A stretch of DNA of 45,204 nt from Escherichia phage vB_EcoS_011D5, in the sequence record NC_073085.1; one strand, written 5' to 3'. The notes under the pieces were generated by a model that saw nothing but the letters and a program-made list of their open reading frames with translations, searched no databases and was not told the origin of the DNA. A program made the position numbers and the translations under genes. Within the stretch, counting starts at the first letter, position 1. Each line of letters begins with the position of its first letter. Shown piece after piece: positions 17,223 through 26,937 of the stretch.

Positions 17223-18607
17223 TGCGTAACTATGCGGCAGAACACCGCGCACTGGAGCGCGCGATCGCAAAGCGCAACCGACCGCCACGCCCGACACGCG
17301 TTGCGCAGGCCGTCCGCCTTTACCAGCCTGATTGCTTGCCGCACCAGGTTGAACTACTGCGCGACACGAAGACTAAAATCCTCGGCCTGTGTTCCGGCTT
17401 CGGTGGCGGAAAGTCGTGGGTCGCTGCGCGTAAGGTCATCCAGCTTTTAACCCTGAACCCCGGTCATGACGGCATCGTTACAGAACCGACTATTCCCCTC
17501 CTGGTTAAAATCATGTACCCGGAATTGGAAAAGGCGTTTGATGAGGCTGGATTCCGGTGGAAGTTCAATAAGCAGGACAAGATCTATAACGTGCTGGTGA
17601 AAGGGAAATGGACCCGCGTTATCTGTGAATCAATGGAGAACTATACCCGCTTGATCGGGGTTAACGCCGCGTGGATTGTTGCCGATGAATTCGACACTAC
17701 TAAGCAAGACGTCGCGCTGGCGGCATATCACAAATTGCTCGGTCGTCTGCGTGCTGGCTTCGTCCGCCAGTTCGTCATCGTGTCAACGCCTGAAGGCTAC
17801 CGGGCGATGTATCAAATTTTCGAGGTGGAGAAAGACAACCAGAAACGCTTGATCCGGGCGAAGACCACGGACAACCACCATTTACCGGCAGACTTTATCG
17901 ACACGCTGCGTAGTCAGTACCCAGCTAACCTGATCGACGCGTACCTGAACGGCCTGTTTGTTAACCTTACGTCGGGCGCGGTGTACAAGATGTTCAACCG
18001 CGAGGAGAACGCCAGCACCGAAGAAGTGCAGCCGGACGACACGCTGATTATCGGTATGGACTTTAACGTTACGAAGATGGCGGCGGTTGTGTACGTCAGA
18101 CGGCAGCGAGTCACCGAGAACAAGGAGTTCCGAGACGAGATTCACGCGGTGGATGAATTTGTGGACCTGTTTGATACCCCGGCTATGATTGAGGCGATCG
18201 AGGAGCGCTACCCGGATCATTGTGCTGCCGGTCGTGTTGTCGTTTACCCGGATAGCAGCGGCAAATCACGCAAGACGGTCAACGCGTCGTCGTCCGATAT
18301 CGCGCAACTGGAAGACGCAGGCTTTGATGTGGAGTATGACAGCGTTAACCCGCCTGTTAAAGACCGATTGATCGCGATGAATACGATGATGTGCAACTCG
18401 AAGGGCGTGCGCCAGTATTTTGTCAACCTGGATAAATGCCCTACACTAGCGAAATGTCTGGAACAGCAGGTGTACGACCTGAAGAAAGGCGAACCGGATA
18501 AAACTGCCGGTGTGGACCACATGAATGACGCGGCGGGCTACCCTATTGCGCACTTGTTCCCTGTGATTCGTCCGATCGCCGTTGTTCCAGCCGTAGACTT
18601 CTACTAA
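17222..18607 (+). CDS. Terminase large subunit
   Basis: Walker A LGLCSGFGGGKSW; Walker B WIVADEFDT; 461 aa; precedes portal. Confidence 0.85.
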   Translation: MRNYAAEHRALERAIAKRNRPPRPTRVAQAVRLYQPDCLPHQVELLRDTKTKILGLCSGFGGGKSWVAARKVIQLLTLNPGHDGIVTEPTIPLLVKIMYPELEKAFDEAGFRWKFNKQDKIYNVLVKGKWTRVICESMENYTRLIGVNAAWIVADEFDTTKQDVALAAYHKLLGRLRAGFVRQFVIVSTPEGYRAMYQIFEVEKDNQKRLIRAKTTDNHHLPADFIDTLRSQYPANLIDAYLNGLFVNLTSGAVYKMFNREENASTEEVQPDDTLIIGMDFNVTKMAAVVYVRRQRVTENKEFRDEIHAVDEFVDLFDTPAMIEAIEERYPDHCAAGRVVVYPDSSGKSRKTVNASSSDIAQLEDAGFDVEYDSVNPPVKDRLIAMNTMMCNSKGVRQYFVNLDKCPTLAKCLEQQVYDLKKGEPDKTAGVDHMNDAAGYPIAHLFPVIRPIAVVPAVDFY

Positions 18608-18618
18608 GGAAACCGACC

Positions 18619-20139
18619 ATGACCGTTAACGTTGACAACCAGCACCCGCTCTATGCGCGCATCGCGCCAGAGTGGAAAATGATCCGTGATTGTGTAGCAG
18701 GGGAGCGCGCCGTGAAGGCGTGCGGCCCCTTGTACCTGCCACACCCCGCCAGCGGCGACACCACCGACCCGAAATCACGGGCACGCTATAAGGCATATAA
18801 GCAACGCGCTGTCTTCCTGAACGCCACCGCACGCACACTGAATGCACTGTTAGGCGTGGCCTTCGCCAAGCCGGTGAGCATGGACCTTTCCGGGGCAATG
18901 GCTGACCTGATTGATGACGTAGACGGCAGCGGGATGCCACTGGCGCAACTCCTGCGCGGCGCTATGTCGGAAGTGCTGCAATCAGGCCGCGCTGGCTTTA
19001 TGGTGGACTACGACCGCCAGGCTAACTTTGATGAACTGGGTAACGTAGTGCCGCAGACAGCCGCTGAAATGGCGACACATCGCCCGCTTATCCGCCTGTA
19101 TACGGCTGAGCAGATCATTAACTGGCGGCAGACCCACGGGGTCGACACGCTAATCGTGCTGAAGGAGACGGATGAAATCAGCACCGAAGACCCTGACGAC
19201 TTCGCAAACCACGAAGTAACGATCTGGACTGAGCTTCGCATGATTAACGGTGTTGCGCATGGTCGCCGCTGGTTTTACAACGCGGACACGTCCGAAGTGC
19301 AAATGGACTTGCCGCGTGGCTTCACCCGCACCGACCTTGTGCCGCTGGTGGATGCCGACGGTAATGCGCTTACTCAACTGCCATTTTGCTGGTGTGGTGC
19401 TGTGGACAACAACGCGACGCCGGACGCCGCACCGCTGGCGGATATTGCATCCATCAACATTAAGCACTATAACGCCGAAGCAGACGTCGCCGAGATTGCG
19501 CACATTGTGGGACAGCCTACTCTTATCGCGACTGGGCTAACCCAATCATGGGCGGATAAAAACCTGAAGGGCGGCATCGCGCTCGGGGCAACTAAGGGCG
19601 TTATCCTGGGCCAGAACATGGACGCTAAACTGCTTCAGGCCGAAGAACGAAACCTATCGGTCGCACTGTGTGAGCGCCGAGAATTGCAAATGGCTAAACT
19701 AGGCGCGGCCCTGGTCGAAAAGGGGACCGCACCTAAGACGGCAACTGAAGCGGCCTACGATGCGCAGACTGATAACAGTATCCTGTCACTGATTGCCGGT
19801 AACGTTGAGAAGGCTTTCAACCGTGCGCTGCAAATCGTCAAGCTGTTCACGGGAGACACCGCAGATCAACGTGTAACGCTGAATAAGTTCTACACCGAGA
19901 TCACGGTTGACGCACAGCTTATGACCGCGATGATGGCTGGTGTGCAGACCGGTACGGTCCGTCTGGCGGACTTTATCAAGTGGATGATGGCCCAGGGCGT
20001 CATTGATGACTCGCAAACCGTTGAGCAGGTGGAAGACGAATTGCGAAATCAGAATCCATTGCCTCAAATGTCCCCGGATGCGGTAGAATCTACCGAAGAA
20101 GACCCGGACAAGGTAGCGGACAATGGCGAAGACAATTAA
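18619..20139 (+). CDS. Portal protein
   Basis: 506 aa directly after TerL; acidic C-terminus; synteny. Confidence 0.7.
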   Translation: MTVNVDNQHPLYARIAPEWKMIRDCVAGERAVKACGPLYLPHPASGDTTDPKSRARYKAYKQRAVFLNATARTLNALLGVAFAKPVSMDLSGAMADLIDDVDGSGMPLAQLLRGAMSEVLQSGRAGFMVDYDRQANFDELGNVVPQTAAEMATHRPLIRLYTAEQIINWRQTHGVDTLIVLKETDEISTEDPDDFANHEVTIWTELRMINGVAHGRRWFYNADTSEVQMDLPRGFTRTDLVPLVDADGNALTQLPFCWCGAVDNNATPDAAPLADIASINIKHYNAEADVAEIAHIVGQPTLIATGLTQSWADKNLKGGIALGATKGVILGQNMDAKLLQAEERNLSVALCERRELQMAKLGAALVEKGTAPKTATEAAYDAQTDNSILSLIAGNVEKAFNRALQIVKLFTGDTADQRVTLNKFYTEITVDAQLMTAMMAGVQTGTVRLADFIKWMMAQGVIDDSQTVEQVEDELRNQNPLPQMSPDAVESTEEDPDKVADNGEDN

Positions 20140-21226
20140 TCAATATATGGCGGATCGAATGATTCGCCGACACATTTTCACCCAGCGCCTGAGTAATGAC
20201 CAGGCGCGAAGGGTGCTGTCCATGTGGGAGAAGTTCCGGCCTACATTACTGGGGAAGCTGACCGAGTTGCTTGATGGCAAATCGTCAATGAATAACCGGG
20301 CACTTTCCACCCTGCTAACGCAAATCGACAAGACCGTAAAAACGGAACTGCGCACCGAGTTTAAGGCGTTGGCTGAAAGCCTTCAGGAGTTTGCAGACAC
20401 GGAGGCTGATTATCTCGCCGACACATTAACGGCAGCGATCCAGCCGGTGGTCGCAGTACCTGCGATCGAGGTGGTGGGTGTAGTGACCGGTGCGCAGATC
20501 GCAGCGACTGCGATGAAAAACCCGTTCCAGGGAAATACCATGATGCAATGGCCTGACTCACTTTCTGAGTGGACCAGGACGCAGATCGGTAATCAGGTGC
20601 GAGCGGGATTCATCCAGGGCAAGCCGACGATGGAAATTATCGCGGACGTGAGGCGCGCGCTAGGTGGTCGTAGTGCGCAAGCTATCTCGAGCGTTGTTAA
20701 GTCCGCAGTCAATCACTATGCGGCTACCGCCCGAGAACTAATGGTAAAAGCAAATGACGATATTCTCGAAGGTCGCCAATGGTTATCTACATTGGACACG
20801 CATACTTCTCCCATGTGCCAGCTACGCGATCGCCTGTTTTATCCGGTTGATGTTACTCCCGACACCAAAGGAAAGCGCGGCGGGAAAATGGTGGCTGGGT
20901 CACAATATGGCGCTGGTCCGGGCAAGTTGCATTATTGTTGCCGGTCTACGGAGACGTGGAAGGTTAAAGGCATGGAAGATTGGCCCAGTGGTAAGCGTCC
21001 GGCGCTGAAGGCTGACGCGGGTCGATTGCTGAGTGAGCAGGTCGACGCGCAGACTGATTTCTTCTCATGGGTGCGGCGCCAGCCGCGCCATATCCTGGAA
21101 GAATTATACGGAGTGCAACGCGCCGACCAGATTATGCGCGGCGTGAAAGTGCCGAAGATGTTTACCGATTCTGGCGAACTGATGACTATCGCACAGCTTA
21201 AAAACCGGGGGTTATGGCGTGATTAA
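20123..21226 (+). CDS. Head morphogenesis / minor capsid protein (Mu F / SPP1 gp7-like position)
   Basis: 367 aa following portal with slight overlap; synteny. Confidence 0.6.
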   Translation: MAKTINQYMADRMIRRHIFTQRLSNDQARRVLSMWEKFRPTLLGKLTELLDGKSSMNNRALSTLLTQIDKTVKTELRTEFKALAESLQEFADTEADYLADTLTAAIQPVVAVPAIEVVGVVTGAQIAATAMKNPFQGNTMMQWPDSLSEWTRTQIGNQVRAGFIQGKPTMEIIADVRRALGGRSAQAISSVVKSAVNHYAATARELMVKANDDILEGRQWLSTLDTHTSPMCQLRDRLFYPVDVTPDTKGKRGGKMVAGSQYGAGPGKLHYCCRSTETWKVKGMEDWPSGKRPALKADAGRLLSEQVDAQTDFFSWVRRQPRHILEELYGVQRADQIMRGVKVPKMFTDSGELMTIAQLKNRGLWRD

Positions 21227-21548
21227 ATATGCAGCGATTGGACTGGTTATCGGTCTGGCGGTAGGATTCTGGCTAGGTGACTCCTATCGCGCTGGCGTAG
21301 TGGCGGAGGCGGCGCAAGAAGCGCAAGCCAAAGCCCAACGGCAGCAAACTAAAGTTGTGGAGCGCTCCGTGCAGGCCGAACAGGCCCGCGACGTGGAATA
21401 CCGGACTATCACGAAAGAGGTTGTTAAATATGTTACGCGCCCTAACCGCCCTGATTGTAGTTTTGATGCTGAGCGCGTGCGGATCAAGCAACGCGCCGTT
21501 GATGCCGCTAACGGAGTCGGCACTGCGACCGCCGTGCAAGTTCGATAG
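21219..21548 (+). CDS. i-spanin (Rz-like): N-terminal TM helix plus coiled coil
   Basis: MIKYAAIGLVIGLAVGFWLG then charged helical region; GTG start. Confidence 0.6.
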   Translation: MIKYAAIGLVIGLAVGFWLGDSYRAGVVAEAAQEAQAKAQRQQTKVVERSVQAEQARDVEYRTITKEVVKYVTRPNRPDCSFDAERVRIKQRAVDAANGVGTATAVQVR

Positions 21549-21660
21549 CCCGTCCGCAGACCCCGACGAGGATTTGATGATTGACGTGAAAAATATGGAA
21601 TGCGGGGCGAAGCTAAGGGCGCAGGTGCTGGAGTTGCAGCAAATAATTAAGGGGCCGTAA
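21430..21660 (+). CDS. o-spanin (Rz1-like) lipoprotein, +1 frame overlapping the i-spanin 3' end
   Basis: MLRALTALIVVLMLSAC lipobox LSAC; Pro-rich mature region; overlapping-gene architecture. Confidence 0.6.
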   Translation: MLRALTALIVVLMLSACGSSNAPLMPLTESALRPPCKFDSPSADPDEDLMIDVKNMECGAKLRAQVLELQQIIKGP

Positions 21661-21672
21661 TGGCCCCTTTTT
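21650..21672 (+). terminator. Intrinsic terminator between convergent genes
   Basis: GGGGCC-gtaa-GGCCCC followed by TTTTT. Confidence 0.65.
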
Positions 21673-21674
21673 CG

Positions 21675-22439
21675 TTAGCGCGGAATACCGCAAATCTCGT
21701 TGAGAGTTTTCACATCCAGCGCCACCGCCGTGGATTTTGGCTTATCCGGGTAAGGGATGAATTGCTCAACTTCAGGCCATGCCTTAATCAGCTTCTTATC
21801 GGTATTGTGCATGTCCAGCACACCGGTAACGGTAAACTTGAATGCGTCATACTTAGCACGCAACTCACGGCGGGCCTTGTCGTTACGGTCAAGGCGCTTG
21901 CAGAAGTCATGATCTGCCGGGAAATCCGCACGGCAGCGTGGCTTATAGATCGGCAGCGATTTTCCGTCCTCGTCCACTTCACACACTGAAGCCAACATAA
22001 CTGTCTCGAACCCCGGAACGATATCTCCGAGATCAGGCGAGAGCGTATTCATATATTTCTCTTCCCAGTATCCGCGATGTACGCGGTATTGGCGACCGTC
22101 ACCGCTCAAGGACAAGATGCGAACATTGCCGCCTGCGTTGATTTCAAAGGTGGCGTCGTAAACGCTGCCGATACCCTTCGGGCGATCTGTGTCATAGCGA
22201 TATGTTGCCTTGTTGGTGTATACGCTGACGTTGTACATCTGCGACTGGTCGTCGCGGATTGCCTTGATATGCTCGCGGAGCGCTGCGAACGTGCGAATGC
22301 CTTCCGGCATACAGTCCAGCGTGATTGCGTACGCCAGGTCGCGAGAGTCCATCATGATTGTTTTGGCTTCGGTAGCGATTTCGTGGTCGCGCAGGATGTT
22401 AGCCAGGATCTGATTTTTAATGTCTTTCGTCAGTCTCAT
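21675..22439 (-). CDS. Hypothetical protein (254 aa) in a minus-strand cassette inside the head module
   Basis: ATG start, opposite strand to flanking structural genes; no motif recognised. Confidence 0.6.
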   Translation of the reverse strand: MRLTKDIKNQILANILRDHEIATEAKTIMMDSRDLAYAITLDCMPEGIRTFAALREHIKAIRDDQSQMYNVSVYTNKATYRYDTDRPKGIGSVYDATFEINAGGNVRILSLSGDGRQYRVHRGYWEEKYMNTLSPDLGDIVPGFETVMLASVCEVDEDGKSLPIYKPRCRADFPADHDFCKRLDRNDKARRELRAKYDAFKFTVTGVLDMHNTDKKLIKAWPEVEQFIPYPDKPKSTAVALDVKTLNEICGIPR

Positions 22440-22478
22440 TTTTATGTCCTCATTTTAGGGGCTTTCGCCACGATTGGT

Positions 22479-22793
22479 TTAGTTGAATTTGATGTTGCCA
22501 CCGGTGGAAGTTAAGCGGGCACATACAGCTTCAACGGCATCGACGCACATGAAATCGTTAAAGGCTTCGACCAGGGCGTTTATGAAAGATGCCGGAACCA
22601 GGCCGCAAGCCGGATTATCGAATATCGCGGAGTTGATCGCCGCTTTTGCCGCTTCAGAAGCATTCATGCTCTGGCACAGATTCAGCGCTTCCGCGTTACG
22701 CATTGCGTGAAAGGTAAAGGTATTAGCTACGGTAGCTTTATTGAAACGGGCCATTGCGGCGTCTACTGGAGTTGCTACGGTCATGTTAGTCAT
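22479..22793 (-). CDS. Hypothetical protein (~104 aa), first gene of the minus-strand cassette
   Basis: RBS AAGGAAG 7 nt upstream of ATG; preceded by two TTGGTTGCA motifs. Confidence 0.5.
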   Translation of the reverse strand: MTNMTVATPVDAAMARFNKATVANTFTFHAMRNAEALNLCQSMNASEAAKAAINSAIFDNPACGLVPASFINALVEAFNDFMCVDAVEAVCARLTSTGGNIKFN

Positions 22794-22947
22794 TTTGTCT
22801 TCCTTCATATCTCTGTTGGTGTGCAACCAATATACTGCAACCAACATTCGCAATGCAAGCGAATTTTGCGATTATTTTTATCGCTGATAATATTAAGGCG
22901 TGAAGTCAAGCGGGTGGCCCGCTTTGCCACAATCCCAGGGGGATAGC

Positions 22948-23649
22948 ATGAAACTTACTAAAGCAGAATATGACGCGTTGCCGGAAGGCATGAAGGCGCT
23001 TTTTGTTGCCGATGGTGACGGGTATAAATCCACGTTCATGACCGCCGAAGAAGTACAGGCGGAGATCAAGGGTCTGAAAGACAACAACGCGAAGCTGGTT
23101 AGCGAAAAGAAAGCAGAAGCCGAACGCCGCGCCGAAGCCGAGCGCCTTGCGAAAGAGAAAGAGGAAGCCGCCGCGCGCAAAAATGGCGACCTCGAAGCGA
23201 TCGACAAGTCCTGGAAAGATAAGTTTGCGAAACACGAAGCAGACACATCGGGAAAAATCGAAGCCTACCGCAAGCAGATCCACGATCTAACCATCGGCAG
23301 CGCTGCCAAAGACCTGGCGTCGAAGCTATTCGGTAAGAATGCCGGGATCATGCAACGCCACGTTATGGACCGCCTGACGCTGGAAGACGGCGAAGACGGC
23401 AGCTTGAAAGTGCGTGTCTTGCAGGATGGCAAACCGTCCGCGCTGACTATGGAAGAGCTTGAAAAAGAGTTCCGTAATAACGCCGATTTTGCATCCGTCC
23501 TGGCTGGCACGCCAGCCGGTGGTGCGCCGAGCAAACCGACGCATGTTGTCGAAGATGTGAAGTCGAAAATCTCTATGGGCCACAGCTTCGGCATCACCGA
23601 TCTGACGAAACAGGCTGGTGAAATCATCGCTAAAATGGGCGACGAGTAA
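22948..23649 (+). CDS. Scaffolding protein
   Basis: Helical charged protein (AEAERRAEAERLAKEKEEAAARK) immediately upstream of the major capsid gene. Confidence 0.65.
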   Translation: MKLTKAEYDALPEGMKALFVADGDGYKSTFMTAEEVQAEIKGLKDNNAKLVSEKKAEAERRAEAERLAKEKEEAAARKNGDLEAIDKSWKDKFAKHEADTSGKIEAYRKQIHDLTIGSAAKDLASKLFGKNAGIMQRHVMDRLTLEDGEDGSLKVRVLQDGKPSALTMEELEKEFRNNADFASVLAGTPAGGAPSKPTHVVEDVKSKISMGHSFGITDLTKQAGEIIAKMGDE

Positions 23650-23653
23650 GCAC

Positions 23654-23680
23654 ATTGCCCGCGAAAGCGGGCAATTTTGC
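23654..23680 (+). terminator. Weak terminator/attenuator hairpin
   Basis: TTGCCCGC-gaaa-GCGGGCAA followed by TTTT. Confidence 0.35.
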
Positions 23681-23746
23681 GAGCGCGTAAATCTAAGGTA
23701 ACATTAACGGTACTGGGCGAATGCTCACAACTCAAAGGATTTCGAT

Positions 23747-24841
23747 ATGTCTTTAACAGTGTTCCAGCGTAAACTCGTCACCGCGGTTACGCAAATGATC
23801 CCCGATAACCTGAACGTGTTCAACGCTGCCGCTAACGGTGCTGTTGTTCTCGGCACGGGTGAAGTGCTGAAGGACGTTGTGGAAAAAATGTCCGTAGGCT
23901 TGATCGCTAACCTCGTTACCGATCGTAACGCCTATGCCCCTGTCGGTACTCCGGCGACCGCAAAAGTGCTGGCGCGTATGCTGACCAACTCCGTTAACCT
24001 GTCCGCGAAAGTGGGTCCGGTAGCAATCACTAAGGCCATGATGGCTAAGATCGAAACCAACGTTAACAGCGTTGCGGCTGAGATTGCGGCACAGGCTACT
24101 CAAGCGATTATGCTGCATTACCTGAAAGCAGGTATCGGCGCAAGTAAAGCGGCGATCGAGAGCAACGCAGCGGCAAAATACACCCAACCGGCGCGCGTTG
24201 ACGGCGTTGGCGGTCGAACCTTCCCGACCCTCGCAGACTTCCCGCTGGCGGCGTCCAAGTTCGGCGATCAGGCGTCTTTAATTAAATCCTGGTTTATGGA
24301 CGGCGTTACCTGGGCAAACTTCATTGCATACCAGGCGCTCCCGTCTGCCGAGCAGGTATTCGCGATCGGCGACCTGCAGGTAATGGGCGATGGCTTGGGC
24401 CGTCGTTTCATTATTTCCGATGCCGCTGCCGATGCTATGGGTGCTGGCACGATGCTTGGTCTTGTCCCTGGCGCGGTTGCAGTTACGACCAATGGCCTCG
24501 ATATGCTGGCGCAGGAAAAAGGCGGCAACGAGAACATTGAGCGCTGGTGGCAGGGCGAGTTCGACTTCAACGTGGCTGTTAAAGGCTATCGACTGAAGGC
24601 GTCCGCACGTACTCCGGTCGAAGGTGTTCGCTCGTTCAAACTGTCCGACATCACCACTTCCGATAACTGGGAACTGGACCAGGGCCAGGTAGACAACGCA
24701 CCGGCAACCGTGCAGGACGTTGGAGGCGATAGCGATACTAAAGGCCGCCGCCGTACGCAGACCGCGCAGGCAGTGCCGACCCGTCACATCAAGGAAACGG
24801 CTGGCGTACTGGTTACGCTGACTGCGACTACCGCGTCTTAA
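23747..24841 (+). CDS. Major capsid protein
   Basis: 364 aa after scaffold; RBS AAGGA; followed by a strong terminator. Confidence 0.7.
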   Translation: MSLTVFQRKLVTAVTQMIPDNLNVFNAAANGAVVLGTGEVLKDVVEKMSVGLIANLVTDRNAYAPVGTPATAKVLARMLTNSVNLSAKVGPVAITKAMMAKIETNVNSVAAEIAAQATQAIMLHYLKAGIGASKAAIESNAAAKYTQPARVDGVGGRTFPTLADFPLAASKFGDQASLIKSWFMDGVTWANFIAYQALPSAEQVFAIGDLQVMGDGLGRRFIISDAAADAMGAGTMLGLVPGAVAVTTNGLDMLAQEKGGNENIERWWQGEFDFNVAVKGYRLKASARTPVEGVRSFKLSDITTSDNWELDQGQVDNAPATVQDVGGDSDTKGRRRTQTAQAVPTRHIKETAGVLVTLTATTAS

Positions 24842-24857
24842 CAGGCGCAAATCCCAA

Positions 24858-24886
24858 AGGGGCGGGCTTATGCCCGCCTTTTTTTA
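24858..24886 (+). terminator. Intrinsic terminator after the major capsid gene
   Basis: GGCGGGC-ttat-GCCCGCC followed by T7. Confidence 0.8.
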
Positions 24887-24900
24887 TAGGAGTGAATGAA

Positions 24901-25401
24901 ATGTATGGCGACCCGCAAACATTTGTCGATTATGCCGCGGCGCGAGGCGTTGAAGTCACGCTGAGCGATGCAACGCGACACCTTACCGTAGTTAATGACT
25001 TCCTTAACGGCATCAACTGGATCGGAGAACCCGCAGACCAGACAGGCATCGACGCATGGCCCCGCATAAATTACCCATCGGACGGTAAGCCGGTGCGCGA
25101 CACGCTCACTGAAGTTGTGGCCGTAGTGCCTGCAGGGCAGATCGTAGATTTTGCATCAATCCCCATTGCCGTCGAGCAAGCCGTTTACAGGTTAGCGATG
25201 TTGGTGGCGGACGAGGTCGATATTTCTCCTGTTGGCAGTGGTAAGGAGACTATCCGCGAAACTGTTGGCCCGATCACGATGGAATATGACCCTGCGACGA
25301 TTGGTAGCGGTGTCTCGTTCCCGTGGTGGGATGGCTTGCTGGGCCACTGGATTGACTCCGACGGCAACGCAGCGGGTAATTTTGACGTATTCCGGGGGTG
25401 A
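24901..25401 (+). CDS. Putative head-tail connector/adaptor protein
   Basis: Position between capsid and tail genes; RBS AGGAG. Confidence 0.45.
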   Translation: MYGDPQTFVDYAAARGVEVTLSDATRHLTVVNDFLNGINWIGEPADQTGIDAWPRINYPSDGKPVRDTLTEVVAVVPAGQIVDFASIPIAVEQAVYRLAMLVADEVDISPVGSGKETIRETVGPITMEYDPATIGSGVSFPWWDGLLGHWIDSDGNAAGNFDVFRG

Positions 25402-25505
25402 TATGAATCCTGCATTACTGGCGGCTATTATCGCCGCAAATACTAAACGCCAACCGGAACAGGAACCAGCGCCAGAACCGGAACCACCGGTACAGGAGGA
25501 TGAAA

Positions 25506-25859
25506 ATGGCGGGATTTAATTACACGGGCTTAAAGCGGAAAGTCAATCCGCTGATTAAAAAGTTTGGCATTACGGCTACTGTGACGCGTCCTGGCACCGT
25601 AGACCGCATAGACGGCGACGAAGTGATCATCCCTGCGACCTCGTTTGACGTCATCGGGCTTCGCGAGGAGTACAAGCCGAGCGAGATCGACGGGACGCGT
25701 ATCGTTGCCGGGGATGTGAAGTTTTTGTGCCAGGCCGTCAAGCAGGTAAAGGTCGGTGATTTGGTTAGCCTGAACAATACAGACTACCGGGTTATCAATC
25801 CCAACCCCCTGCAACCAGCGGGCCAGACCATGCTGTTTCAACTACAGCTAAGGGGCTAA
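25506..25859 (+). CDS. Putative head closure / neck protein
   Basis: Synteny; RBS GGAGGA. Confidence 0.45.
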   Translation: MAGFNYTGLKRKVNPLIKKFGITATVTRPGTVDRIDGDEVIIPATSFDVIGLREEYKPSEIDGTRIVAGDVKFLCQAVKQVKVGDLVSLNNTDYRVINPNPLQPAGQTMLFQLQLRG

Positions 25860-25860
25860 C

Positions 25861-26454
25861 GTGGCTGAAGTCTACTCATTCGCCGCCACTATTGCTACGT
25901 GGGTGGATAAGACGAAGGAGAACAACGATAAGGCGGTGCGGGCGTACGGGATGCAAATACTCGGACGCCTTATTGAGATCTCACCGGTGGGCGACCCTCG
26001 CCGGTGGAAAATTAACAGGGCTTACGCGCTGGCCCGCCAGCACGCGAACAATGTGAACGCCGCGCAGCGTCGCAAGAATGGCGGCAAACTGAAGCGCGGG
26101 CAGAAAAAGCACGCCAGCGTGCTGGTGTCATTCAAGACTAAAAACGGCAACGTCACGTTCCGCCAGCGTGGCTGGGCTGCGAAGAATTACACCGGCGGAC
26201 GCTTCCGGGGAAACTGGCAGGTGACGTTCGACCGCCCGGCTGTTGGCGCTATTGACCGCGTGGACAAGGCCGGAACGGCAACATTAGCCGCTGGGCGTGA
26301 AGTGTTGGCGCACTATGATTCGAGTGAATACGGGTCGATCTGGTTTACTAACAACGTGCCATACGCGCAGCGACTTGAGTATGGCTGGAGTAAACAAGCG
26401 CCAGCGGGGATTGTTCGCGTCGTAGCGGCAGAAATTAATTCGAAGGTGAAATAA
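25861..26454 (+). CDS. Putative neck / tail completion protein
   Basis: Synteny; GTG start with RBS AAGGGG. Confidence 0.45.
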   Translation: MAEVYSFAATIATWVDKTKENNDKAVRAYGMQILGRLIEISPVGDPRRWKINRAYALARQHANNVNAAQRRKNGGKLKRGQKKHASVLVSFKTKNGNVTFRQRGWAAKNYTGGRFRGNWQVTFDRPAVGAIDRVDKAGTATLAAGREVLAHYDSSEYGSIWFTNNVPYAQRLEYGWSKQAPAGIVRVVAAEINSKVK

Positions 26455-26876
26455 TGAGCAATACCGCAATCCGCAAAGCGCTTAACAGCGTGGTTGAAGA
26501 GTTATCGGCAAGCCTGAGCACAAGCCAGCGTCCGATTAGGGTTAACTGGGAGAACGTGAGCGGCGACCACGCAAACGGCAGCGGTGTCTACCTGGAGCCG
26601 TACCTGCTACCGGCCCCGACCCAGTTTGTGGGCTTACAGCAGAAGGGTCGGATCTATGCTGGCGTATATCAGGTTGCCGTGGTGTTTCCCGCAGGAACTG
26701 GAACACAGTACGCGAGCGAACTGGCGGACGCCATCGCTACGTCTGATAAGTGGCTGGCGGTGAAGATTTCCGGTGCGTCATTTCAGCTTCAGGACGCGCC
26801 ATACACCAGTTCAGTGATTGAAGACGTTGATCGCGCCCGCATCGTGGTTACAGTACCCTACACCTGTTGCGCCTGA
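26454..26876 (+). CDS. Putative tail terminator protein
   Basis: Synteny immediately upstream of the major tail protein gene. Confidence 0.45.
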   Translation: MSNTAIRKALNSVVEELSASLSTSQRPIRVNWENVSGDHANGSGVYLEPYLLPAPTQFVGLQQKGRIYAGVYQVAVVFPAGTGTQYASELADAIATSDKWLAVKISGASFQLQDAPYTSSVIEDVDRARIVVTVPYTCCA

Positions 26877-26937
26877 TTTGGCGCTATTCTGCGCGTGCTG
26901 TATCATTAAACCGTATATCTAAACAGGAGCGTTCATT

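Noticed and set aside
25403-25519. Pro/Glu-rich 38 aa ORF between the connector-like genes
   Set aside because: It has an ATG and G-rich RBS but is low-complexity and overlaps the RBS and start of the 25506 gene; not called as a feature.
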